64,000 nt of DNA from contig CAZKBG010000001.1 of the NCBI GenBank assembly GCA_964551375.1, positions 757,150-821,149 of the forward strand. Reading direction: 5' to 3'. Of this stretch, positions 56,224-64,000 are shown one piece after another. This DNA comes from an uncultured archaeon (GTDB lineage Archaea > Iainarchaeota > Iainarchaeia > Iainarchaeales > JAAZKV01). The translations under genes were made by a program, and so were the position numbers. How positions within the stretch are numbered: the stretch's first letter is position 1; every line of letters begins with the position of its first letter. The notes under the pieces are model-generated. The model saw only the letters and a list, made by a program, of their open reading frames with translations, was not told the DNA's origin and did not search any database.

Positions 56224-57912
56224 GTGGTTGTAATTATGATGAAAAAAATAATAGTGCTGCTGTTTTTAGTAATGGCAGTATCCTTGGCATTTTCTGCAGA
56301 AATTCCCGCAAGCGAAGTAGCGTGGAATGCTGGGCTTATATTAAAACTTGACAAACAAACATTTGCCCAAAACGAGCCAATCACAGGCGAAATAACTATT
56401 GAAAACCGCGAAAATGCTCCTTTAGTAGGCGCAAAAGTTGTTTTGCAAATAGTTCAAGGAGAATATTTTTACCCTTCGCAGTACAATAATGCAGAAATTA
56501 TACTTCACGAACAAGTAATTGATTTTAACTGGATGGTGCAGGGAAACAAAAAAACAATGAAATTCACAATGCCTGCCCAAAAATCAGGGGATTATAGAGT
56601 AGATGCATATGCATGGGCAGTTAAATCAAAAATGATTGGAGCAAGCAATATTTTATTAAATCCAATTTCATCAGTCTTTAGCATTCCTGGAGAAAAATAT
56701 AAACGCCCGACAATATTTAGAGAAATTACTGTGTTCAACGGAACTGTTGGTCCTGTCGGATTTCCTGTTAAATCCCAAACAGCAATAACAGGAGATGTTG
56801 TTCTTTCTGGGCTTTCAAATTTAGGATTTTCAAACCTTAAAGTCGGCGCAGTAATATGCGAATGGGCTACAGCTTTTTGCGACACTCAAAATGAAGTAAA
56901 AGCAGATTTTGGAGCTCCTGACTTAGGCGGCACAGCATACGCAAGATTAAATCTCACAGCTCCAAAAATTCCTTCAGCATACGAAATACTATTCAAAGTA
57001 TATTCAGGGGATGAAGTAATAGGAATGTACAAAAATAGGGCAATTGTAAGCGGACCAACTTCAAAAGCAAGAAAAATCCTAATAGAAGGGCTTGACAAAA
57101 GAAGCTACTCAATAAAGACTTATTTAGTAGGGACTCCAGACCACTTCGCAATGGAAAGCTTCACTGATTTTGACTTGAAAGTAAATGCTTACAAAGACGG
57201 AAACACAGTATTTTCAAAAACCGAAAGAATTCCTGTAATAAATTACGCTGATATATTCACAAAAACATATCCTGTCGGGAGAATATTCTTTGACAGTGTC
57301 TGCGTTACTGTTGAAAAAGACTCAACAGTGTTTGACAAAGAATGCTTTGACGCTCCGATGAAAGAAATACAGGCTGAATATGATTCGCTTTATCCAACCC
57401 CAGTAAGCGTTGAATGGAAATATTATCCGGAAAACGACGCGCTTGAAATAATGCTTGCAAAAGACGTGATTAACTCAAAAATAAGATTATTCTCAACCGA
57501 CCAGATGTATATTGAAGAAATGGTGAATGAAACAGGATTTTACACAAAGACAATAACCGCTCCAAAAGAAAATATGACGCTTGCAGTTGATGATATTGAC
57601 GCAAAACAACAGCAGGTATTCCAAATAAATTTAGGCCCTGCGGGAGACGAATTTGGAAACACTATTGTTGAAACCGGCGTAAAGCCAATCAGCGAATGCA
57701 AAGGACAAATCTGCTCAACAGGACTTGTGTGCAAATCGCAGCCAATTGCTTCAATAGAAGGCGAATGCTGCATGACTCAATGCATAAGCGCAGGCGAAGT
57801 AACTCCTGAAGAAGGAAAAGAAATAATTCCATTAATAGTTCTAATTGCAATAATACTTGCAATAATTGCATTATTTGTTTTATACAAAGCGGCAAAGGTG
57901 GCGAGAAAATGA
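56224..57912 (+). CDS. type-I membrane-anchored exported protein (562 aa) with a Cys-rich stalk
   Basis: Signal peptide MKKIIVLLFLVMAVSLAFSA. C-terminal TM IIPLIVLIAIILAIIALFVLY plus basic tail KAAKVARK. CKGQICSTGLVCKS...GECCMTQC before the anchor. Ends in ATGA overlap with the next gene. Confidence 0.65.
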   Translation: MVVIMMKKIIVLLFLVMAVSLAFSAEIPASEVAWNAGLILKLDKQTFAQNEPITGEITIENRENAPLVGAKVVLQIVQGEYFYPSQYNNAEIILHEQVIDFNWMVQGNKKTMKFTMPAQKSGDYRVDAYAWAVKSKMIGASNILLNPISSVFSIPGEKYKRPTIFREITVFNGTVGPVGFPVKSQTAITGDVVLSGLSNLGFSNLKVGAVICEWATAFCDTQNEVKADFGAPDLGGTAYARLNLTAPKIPSAYEILFKVYSGDEVIGMYKNRAIVSGPTSKARKILIEGLDKRSYSIKTYLVGTPDHFAMESFTDFDLKVNAYKDGNTVFSKTERIPVINYADIFTKTYPVGRIFFDSVCVTVEKDSTVFDKECFDAPMKEIQAEYDSLYPTPVSVEWKYYPENDALEIMLAKDVINSKIRLFSTDQMYIEEMVNETGFYTKTITAPKENMTLAVDDIDAKQQQVFQINLGPAGDEFGNTIVETGVKPISECKGQICSTGLVCKSQPIASIEGECCMTQCISAGEVTPEEGKEIIPLIVLIAIILAIIALFVLYKAAKVARK

Positions 57913-60443
57913 ATTCAAAATTATTAATCACCATTGCTTTAGCAATATGCTTACTCATTCCAACTGTATTTGCAGGAACAACCCACTGCTGGAGACAAGA
58001 AATTGACAGGGGAGTTGGGGCAAATGAATTCATGATAGGGGACGCAAGCTTTGACGCAATATCAGGCGTGTGGATAGCAACAATCGGAACAAGAATGGAC
58101 TTAAACGGATTCGGCTCATTCCAGCTAAATTGCGATGACGGAGCAAGCGGAAGCGGAAAAAACTATGTTGATGTGCTTGACGCAACAGACGGAAATATTG
58201 TTGCAACAAATGTGACAGGAAATTTAGGCCCTGCGGCAATATCGGGCGGATACTGCATGTATAACGGAAGCATTTGCTACAAATACAAAGGCGCATTTTA
58301 TCCAAGACATGGAGCATGCGATGCAGGAACCGATCCGGCAGTTGGAGCTGGAGAACTAGACGCAATGTCAATAGTGTTTGATGAAAACAGCGTAGGATAT
58401 CATGAATATGTTGTGAGATACGGCGCGCTTTCACCAGCAACTGCGGACCCTTACTCGCCAAACTTGTGGATGCAGACAATAAAAGTAATAAAAGTATTTG
58501 TCGGAATGCCAGGGCTATTAACATTCAACCAGCAGAGATTAAAAAGAATGGGCTATTATGACAAAGACGGCACTGCTGAAATTGATGTGATATTCACAGT
58601 TTTAAATAAATCCCCCTTCACTGCAAGAGTAACTAACTACAATATGGTGTGCAACGGAGAAGTAACTTGCGAACTTCCTCAAGTGGGCGGGCACCCAGAA
58701 TATGTTGGATACACAATCAAAACAGACCAGCCGCTTGTAATTCCAGCAAAAGTAAAATTTAATAAAAGAACTACGCTTCCTGAAGATTTCTTCGCCTCGC
58801 TTGAAATGACTTACTCAATTGACGGGCTTGCAAAATGCGACCTTGCAACAGGCGCAGCAACATGCCAGACACGCTCTGCAGCAATGGAATACAAAATAGG
58901 GCTTTTAGACAAGCAGGATTTCCAGATAAATATACTTGGCTCTGAATCGGAAAGAGATTGCGTTGATGCTGAAGGAAACCCTGGAAGAACAGGGCCAGAA
59001 CTTGCGCCAAGAGTGAACTTATCCTTCAATCCTTCCACAGTAAGCTATGATTGTTCAAATATTAATCCAATAACAGGCGCAGATAATCCAAATTGGGTAT
59101 ACTGTTCTCAAAAAGAATTCTTAGTTCAGTTAAGCAGAAGAATCGGAGAAGGATGGATAAGACTTGGGAATATCAAAATTTATGAAAAAGACGGCAACGC
59201 AGGCGCAGCGGATGCATTAAGAGTTGAAAATGGAAGAATACTAACATTCAATGCTTACTTAAGAGCGCAGGACATCTCACGAGCTCAGGTATCGGCAAAT
59301 GCTTCTCAATTTGGAACAGGATTATTAACTTCAGTAAATCTTCCAGGAACAGTATTTGATTCAGGCGCAACAGCGGTCGCAAGAATGAAAAACCTTGTTA
59401 ATTCAATAAATTTCAAACAATCAATCGGCGGAGTAAGAGTGGATGAAACAATGCTTGAACCCGGAATGTACCAAGTTTCAATTGACATGAATGACATTGA
59501 CCTTTCAAGCGCGGCAACTTCAACTTTATTCAAACCTGACGGCTCAATAAACCCTGCCGCAAACATAAAAGTAACTCTTGAAAAACAAACTCCTCCGGCA
59601 TTTGACTGGTTCTTCTATTACGATGAAGATTCAGCATCAAGATTTGCGGGAAGCATATACGGAGGAGGCTCAACAGCAACTACATTTAACAAAACAAATA
59701 TACAAGACAGAGGGTTAATTGTTAATTTCACAAAATCAGGCTCATCAATGAGCGGGACTTTATACAAAACAATTGCAATTCCTTTAATTGCAAGAATTGC
59801 AGACACAAACCTCCCAAGCGTTCCTCCTGCAAAGTTTGACGCACAGGGAAGCGGACTTGGACAGAGCAACTTTACTTACTGGACAGGATTTGCAAGCTCA
59901 CTTCCAGCAGGACCTCAAAGAGGATGCGAAACAATCAGCCTTACTCCTCCGCTTGGAAATAAAGCGCTGCCTTATAGAATTGCAGATATAAATGCGGGAT
60001 TAAACAATATTCAAACTAATATTCATAATTATACAATAGAAGAATTAGTTAACGTTGCGCCAAACAGCGTGATGTATCTTGAAACAGTTCTATATATGCC
60101 AGTGGGCTCGGGATTATGGATACAAGCGCCATTCAAAATATCAACGCTAAACGGAACAACAACAAGCACTCCTCAAAATCCGCAGACATTAAATATTTCT
60201 CCAAGCGACCAAGCATGGGCAAGCGTGTTTAAGATTGACGGAACAAGCACAAACAACACGCTTGAAAATATATTTGACAAAATCGCAGACGGAAATGTGT
60301 GCGTAATAAGAGACACTTCACAAAGCGCGACAAACTGGAGACTATTCTGGAACCAAACTGCTGTACTTAACGCTCTAAATCCAGTTAGAACTTCAATAAG
60401 AGATGCTAATTTATGCGCTGCAAGACAGCAATTATCAAGCTAA
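57909..60443 (+). CDS. secreted Cys-containing protein (844 aa), translationally coupled to the upstream anchor protein
   Basis: Signal peptide MNSKLLITIALAICLLIPTVFAG. No C-terminal TM. 4 bp ATGA start/stop overlap. Confidence 0.65.
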   Translation: MNSKLLITIALAICLLIPTVFAGTTHCWRQEIDRGVGANEFMIGDASFDAISGVWIATIGTRMDLNGFGSFQLNCDDGASGSGKNYVDVLDATDGNIVATNVTGNLGPAAISGGYCMYNGSICYKYKGAFYPRHGACDAGTDPAVGAGELDAMSIVFDENSVGYHEYVVRYGALSPATADPYSPNLWMQTIKVIKVFVGMPGLLTFNQQRLKRMGYYDKDGTAEIDVIFTVLNKSPFTARVTNYNMVCNGEVTCELPQVGGHPEYVGYTIKTDQPLVIPAKVKFNKRTTLPEDFFASLEMTYSIDGLAKCDLATGAATCQTRSAAMEYKIGLLDKQDFQINILGSESERDCVDAEGNPGRTGPELAPRVNLSFNPSTVSYDCSNINPITGADNPNWVYCSQKEFLVQLSRRIGEGWIRLGNIKIYEKDGNAGAADALRVENGRILTFNAYLRAQDISRAQVSANASQFGTGLLTSVNLPGTVFDSGATAVARMKNLVNSINFKQSIGGVRVDETMLEPGMYQVSIDMNDIDLSSAATSTLFKPDGSINPAANIKVTLEKQTPPAFDWFFYYDEDSASRFAGSIYGGGSTATTFNKTNIQDRGLIVNFTKSGSSMSGTLYKTIAIPLIARIADTNLPSVPPAKFDAQGSGLGQSNFTYWTGFASSLPAGPQRGCETISLTPPLGNKALPYRIADINAGLNNIQTNIHNYTIEELVNVAPNSVMYLETVLYMPVGSGLWIQAPFKISTLNGTTTSTPQNPQTLNISPSDQAWASVFKIDGTSTNNTLENIFDKIADGNVCVIRDTSQSATNWRLFWNQTAVLNALNPVRTSIRDANLCAARQQLSS

Positions 60444-60530
60444 AAATCAAGCGCTAAAAACGCCAAAAAAGTACATGACTTAACGTGTATTTTTTATAAA
60501 AAAAGCTTAATGTAGAAATTTATTTGCTTG

Positions 60531-61325
60531 TTAAGGCAATTTCATCTTAAAATATCCTGCGAGAATCAGAATTACTGCAAGCGCCATTAATAAAATCAAA
60601 AAACCTTTGCTTTCAAAAAAAGAAACGCTTTTTTTCACAATCCCTTTTGAGTTTTTAGCGTCTTTAGAGCCTGAAGAAACCGATGCAGCGCCCATCATTA
60701 TTGCTTCTTTTGAATATTTCAGCCAATTTGAAGGCGTCTTAAGCTCATTAATTGTTTCTCTTGTTACTTCAAGATAGCCCTTCTCTCTATTTGGCACACC
60801 GCTAATACCCTCAATCTTTCCATCAATGGCATTAATTGTAAGCGCGTACTCTTTTCTTCCCGCAATAACAGTTGTCATGTAAAGAGGGAGAAGAAATTTC
60901 TTCGCGCTTGAAACAACAACATTGCTTTTTGGAACATTAAAATACTCCGCGGTTTTTAATTGCAAAATCTCATCCTGTTCGCGCTTTTCGATATTGCACC
61001 ACTTTTCATCATACTCGCCTTTAGGAATATCCGAGTGCGATTTTTTCCAGCTGTGCTTAATCAGTTCGACATAATCTTCCCTCACAACAATTTTGTGCCC
61101 ATTCACAGCCAAAATTCCGTGGATAGTTTTTTTCACAGTCCGCTTTGAATCAATAGCGTCTTCGACATAGTAGTGATAATTAAATAAAAAATAAGGCACT
61201 AAGAAGAGCTTCAAAGGCTTGAGCTCATATTCGTGCCAATTTCGTTTTTCAAGTTCTTTCTTAATTAAATCCGTCGCGCCAGAGGCGGTGATGTTGATAG
61301 GCAATAGCGGATTGCCCAAGTACAA
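60531..61325 (-). CDS. hypothetical tail-anchored membrane protein (264 aa), co-transcribed downstream of sepF
   Basis: C-terminal TM FLILLMALAVILILAGYF. 6 nt downstream of the SepF stop on the minus strand. Confidence 0.45.
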   Translation of the reverse strand: MYLGNPLLPINITASGATDLIKKELEKRNWHEYELKPLKLFLVPYFLFNYHYYVEDAIDSKRTVKKTIHGILAVNGHKIVVREDYVELIKHSWKKSHSDIPKGEYDEKWCNIEKREQDEILQLKTAEYFNVPKSNVVVSSAKKFLLPLYMTTVIAGRKEYALTINAIDGKIEGISGVPNREKGYLEVTRETINELKTPSNWLKYSKEAIMMGAASVSSGSKDAKNSKGIVKKSVSFFESKGFLILLMALAVILILAGYFKMKLP

Positions 61326-61330
61326 CTAAC

Positions 61331-61789
61331 TCACTGTCCCTTTTTCTTTATGATTTTAACTTTTGATGGAGTAACTAAAACTCTATCTGCGCTAATTCCA
61401 GCCATGTCTCCGTCAATAGCTCTAACTTCGTTTTTAATTCTTCCAAGAAGCTCTTTTAATTTTGCTTTGTTTCTCTTAGTCATATCAGCGATGTTAACAA
61501 GAGCAATATTTCCCTGTTTAACTTCTCTAATAATAGCTTCAGCATCAGGATCAGAATTCAAATCCATTGGCTTAACAAGAGCGTCAGCATTTTCGTAGCT
61601 TTCTTCCTGCACTGCGTCCAAGTTGTTCAAAAAGTCTTCTAAATCAACTGAACCTTCTTTTGTCATTACTTTGTTAAAAAAACCCAAACTAACCACCCCG
61701 CGTAAAAGCGCGTATATTACCTTTTCTTGAGTAAAACATTTAAAAGCCCTATGTTTAGCTCGTAAAAGTAAGTAAATTAATCTTTTCAA
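61331..61789 (-). CDS. sepF: SepF-like cell-division protein (FtsZ membrane anchor)
   Basis: C-terminal core GNIALVNIADMTKRNKAKLKELLGRIKNEVRAIDGDMAGISADRVLVTP matches the SepF signature (IVNL...LD...RL.DFL.G.VYALDG...VFL..P). Possible N-terminal amphipathic segment LGFFNKV. True start may be an internal Met. Confidence 0.55.
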   Translation of the reverse strand: MKRLIYLLLRAKHRAFKCFTQEKVIYALLRGVVSLGFFNKVMTKEGSVDLEDFLNNLDAVQEESYENADALVKPMDLNSDPDAEAIIREVKQGNIALVNIADMTKRNKAKLKELLGRIKNEVRAIDGDMAGISADRVLVTPSKVKIIKKKGQ

Positions 61790-61969
61790 AATTTTTTTGA
61801 TTTTGTTTAACCGCAGGCAAGTTTTTAGCCAAAGTATAGAATCCGAACAGGGAACTAATTAATGCAAGGTAAGGGGTGTATTAGTGGAAGAGAGTGCTGG
61901 GAAGTGAGACAGCCAGTATTTTTATAACTTTTGACTCACAAAATCAATTGGTTAGGGGACGGGGAAAAA
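61790..61969. other. candidate replication-origin region between divergent sepF and orc1 (speculative)
   Basis: AT-rich runs (aatttttttgattttgttt, cagtatttttataacttttg). A degenerate mini-ORB-like tattAGTGGAAGag adjacent to a G-string (aaggggtg), and a second G-string ggttaggggacgggg. Immediately upstream of orc1/cdc6. Confidence 0.25.
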
Positions 61970-63181
61970 ATGGATAATATTTTTGAAAAACAAATGTCAA
62001 AGAACACAGTTTTTCAAAGCAAAGATATAATCTCTCCTCACTACGTTCCTGACAAACTTCCTTTTAGAGAAAAACAAATTGAAGAAATCACACAAGGATT
62101 ATCCGCTGTAATAAATAATTCAAAACCAAATAATCTTTTTGTTTACGGAAAAACAGGAACGGGAAAAACAAGCACAGTAAAACATGTTCTTGAGCAGCTT
62201 GACACATTTGCAAAGAAAAAAGAAATGAGCGCATCCTCCTGCTATGTTAATTGCAGAAGCCACTCATCAAAATACAAAGTTCTGCTAAAAGCGCTTCGCT
62301 CATTCTATCCTGAAAAAGATTTTTTAGGATACAGCGCATCATTTGTTTATGAAAAACTGCTTGAATACGCAAGCCAGAAAAAAGCTCACTTAATTTTAGT
62401 GCTTGACGAGATTGACAAAGTAAAAGATATTGATGATTTAGTGTACTCGCTAAGCAGAGGAAATGACGAGCTTGAAGGCGGCTCAATTACAATGATAGGA
62501 ATTTCAAACAACTTAATGTTTAAAGAAAAACTTGACCCAAGAACAAAAAGCTCTCTATGTGAAAGGGAATTAGTATTTAATCCATACAACGCAACTGAAC
62601 TCCGCGAAATACTAACTGAAAGATGCTCAATTTCATTCAAACAAAACGCGGTTGCAGAACCAGCAATACTGCTTGCAAGCGCAATTGCTGCGCAGGAAAG
62701 CGGAGACGCAAGAACCGCAGTAATGCTTATGCAAAGAGCAGGAGAAATAGCGGATGTAGAGCAGGTGATGGTAGTAACTGATACTCATGTTCAAAAAGCA
62801 AAAGCAAGCGTGGAAGAAGAAATAATTATTTCAATGATATCAACACTTCCCCAGCAGCAGCAAATGGTGCTTTATGCAATCGCGCAGCTCACCACCCAAA
62901 GAAAAGGAATAAAAAAAGTGAACGGAGAAGTGGAAGAAGGAGTGCTTTATTCAGGCGAAATATTTGAGACATACTCTGATCTTGCAAAGAAATTTGAAGA
63001 ACACACAATCACGAGCCGTTGGTATAGACAGTACATAAACGAACTTGAAATGTACGGGTTGATTTTAGTAACCGCAAGCGGAAAGGGGATCAAAGGACAA
63101 ACAAGACTCATAAAACTCGGATTTGACGCAAACAAAATCAAAGCAGCGCTTGAGAAAGAACTTTTTAAAACAATGAATTAA
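61970..63181 (+). CDS. orc1: Orc1/Cdc6 replication initiator (AAA+ plus winged helix)
   Basis: Walker A VYGKTGTGKTSTV. Walker B ILVLDEID. Sensor regions. C-terminal winged helix. The ORF-track start at 61931 is TTG; the first ATG is at 61970. Confidence 0.85.
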   Translation: MDNIFEKQMSKNTVFQSKDIISPHYVPDKLPFREKQIEEITQGLSAVINNSKPNNLFVYGKTGTGKTSTVKHVLEQLDTFAKKKEMSASSCYVNCRSHSSKYKVLLKALRSFYPEKDFLGYSASFVYEKLLEYASQKKAHLILVLDEIDKVKDIDDLVYSLSRGNDELEGGSITMIGISNNLMFKEKLDPRTKSSLCERELVFNPYNATELREILTERCSISFKQNAVAEPAILLASAIAAQESGDARTAVMLMQRAGEIADVEQVMVVTDTHVQKAKASVEEEIIISMISTLPQQQQMVLYAIAQLTTQRKGIKKVNGEVEEGVLYSGEIFETYSDLAKKFEEHTITSRWYRQYINELEMYGLILVTASGKGIKGQTRLIKLGFDANKIKAALEKELFKTMN

Positions 63182-63248
63182 TACGACTTAGCTATTTTTT
63201 TTAAGTTGTTTTAGGAAGTATTTTATTTGAATAAAGCGTGATAGTACT

Positions 63249-64000
63249 ATGCAAAGCTTGAGAAAAAAATCAACTGCCCAAGGAACAATAGAATACTTAG
63301 TAATTATGGCAATAGTAATAGTAATTGCGCTTGTGCTTGTGGGAATATTAAGCGGATTTTTTGGAGGAAGCGGAGAATCAACTGGGTTTAATGCGGTTGA
63401 TGTCGGAAACAAAACTAACTCAGGAGTGGCAATACTTGAAACAGTAGCTGATTCAGAAGGAGATTCGCTTGTAAGACTCACTAATAATTCAGGGGACACA
63501 ATTACAATAAACAAAGTGACTACCACAGGCGGAGAAAACAGCTTTAATGAAACACTTCCCGCAAACACTGAAAGAACATTTTCTTTAAACGACTTTGATT
63601 TAAGCTGCCCATGCGACGGACAAAGTGTCAAAAAAATCTGTGAGTTTACAATTCAATACACTAACCAATACGGGCTTGAAAAAAGCCAAAATGTGCGAGC
63701 AGTAGTTGACTGCGTTAATGACGCCCGCGCAGGAGGAAATACTCCTGTTGCTGGACTTGGAAGCGGAACTCTATCTGATCCTTGGATAATAAATTCCTGT
63801 GCTGAACTTCAAGACATGAATAACCATTTAGACGGCAACTATGCGCTTGGCGGTAATATTAACTGCGCAGATTCGCTTACATGGAACAATGGAGCAGGAT
63901 TCAGTCCAATAGGATTTACAACAACAAACGGAGCAGGATGTCCGCCAGATTCAGCGCCATTTTGGGACTTATGCCTAACTCCTGACACACAATACTTTAA
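63249..64000 (+). CDS. pilin-like protein (class III signal peptide) fused to the N-terminal conserved module of the giant GLUG proteins; 3' end beyond the window; not in the ORF track
   Basis: Translates as MQSLRKKSTA|QGTIEYLVIMAIVIVIALVLVGIL...GLGSGTLSDPWIINSCAELQDMNNHLDGNYALGGNINCADSLTWNNGAGFSPIGFTT.... The minus-strand ORF 63188-63631 in the track is the shadow of this gene. Confidence 0.6.
   Translation, partial: MQSLRKKSTAQGTIEYLVIMAIVIVIALVLVGILSGFFGGSGESTGFNAVDVGNKTNSGVAILETVADSEGDSLVRLTNNSGDTITINKVTTTGGENSFNETLPANTERTFSLNDFDLSCPCDGQSVKKICEFTIQYTNQYGLEKSQNVRAVVDCVNDARAGGNTPVAGLGSGTLSDPWIINSCAELQDMNNHLDGNYALGGNINCADSLTWNNGAGFSPIGFTTTNGAGCPPDSAPFWDLCLTPDTQYF

Noticed and set aside
63188-63631. 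147 aa minus-strand ORF listed in the ORF track
   Set aside because: The plus strand here encodes a protein with an unmistakable class III signal peptide (QGTIEYLVIMAIVIV) and the GLUG N-module. The minus-strand ORF is its shadow.

Overview
This 64 kb window is archaeal, about 40% GC. The evidence: GGTGA/GGAGG-type ribosome-binding sites, AT-rich TATA-like promoters, and archaea-specific genes (AcnX/UbiD-route mevalonate pathway, isopentenyl phosphate kinase, DtdA, Hel308, Orc1/Cdc6, SepF, class-III-signal-peptide pilins). It is probably a small-genome uncultivated (DPANN-like) or euryarchaeal lineage; taxon confidence is low. Contents in order: (1) A nearly complete archaeal alternative mevalonate operon at 1-9.65 kb: HMGCS C-terminus, thiolase, DUF35, two tandem GHMP/mevalonate-kinase paralogs, UbiX, UbiD-like decarboxylase, AcnX large and small subunits, with three unrecognised ORFs interleaved. 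(2) A roughly 21.5 kb surface-protein island at 9.7-31.3 kb: four giant secreted GLUG-repeat proteins (1994, 1274, 1525 and 1543 aa) bracketed by two paralogous pilin-like genes with class III signal peptides; the isopentenyl phosphate kinase gene sits inside this island. (3) porGDAB 2-oxoacid:ferredoxin oxidoreductase and a fused ADP-forming acetyl-CoA synthetase. (4) dtdA, a PC4-like small ORF missed by the ORF track, purF, dus. (5) A DUF2207 membrane protein with a poly-Gly tail. (6) A wHTH regulator divergent from grpE-dnaK-dnaJ. (7) Hel308. (8) A second surface-protein cluster: a 1824 aa membrane-anchored protein with transthyretin-like repeats plus two Cys-rich exported proteins. (9) sepF with a co-transcribed membrane protein, divergent from orc1/cdc6, with a possible origin between them. 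(10) At the window end, a third pilin-like gene whose class III signal peptide is fused to the N-terminal module of the giant GLUG proteins. No rRNA, tRNA, CRISPR array, transposase or integrase was seen. The most interesting candidate system is the pilin-bracketed giant GLUG-protein island and its link to the pilin/GLUG-N-module fusion gene at the end.
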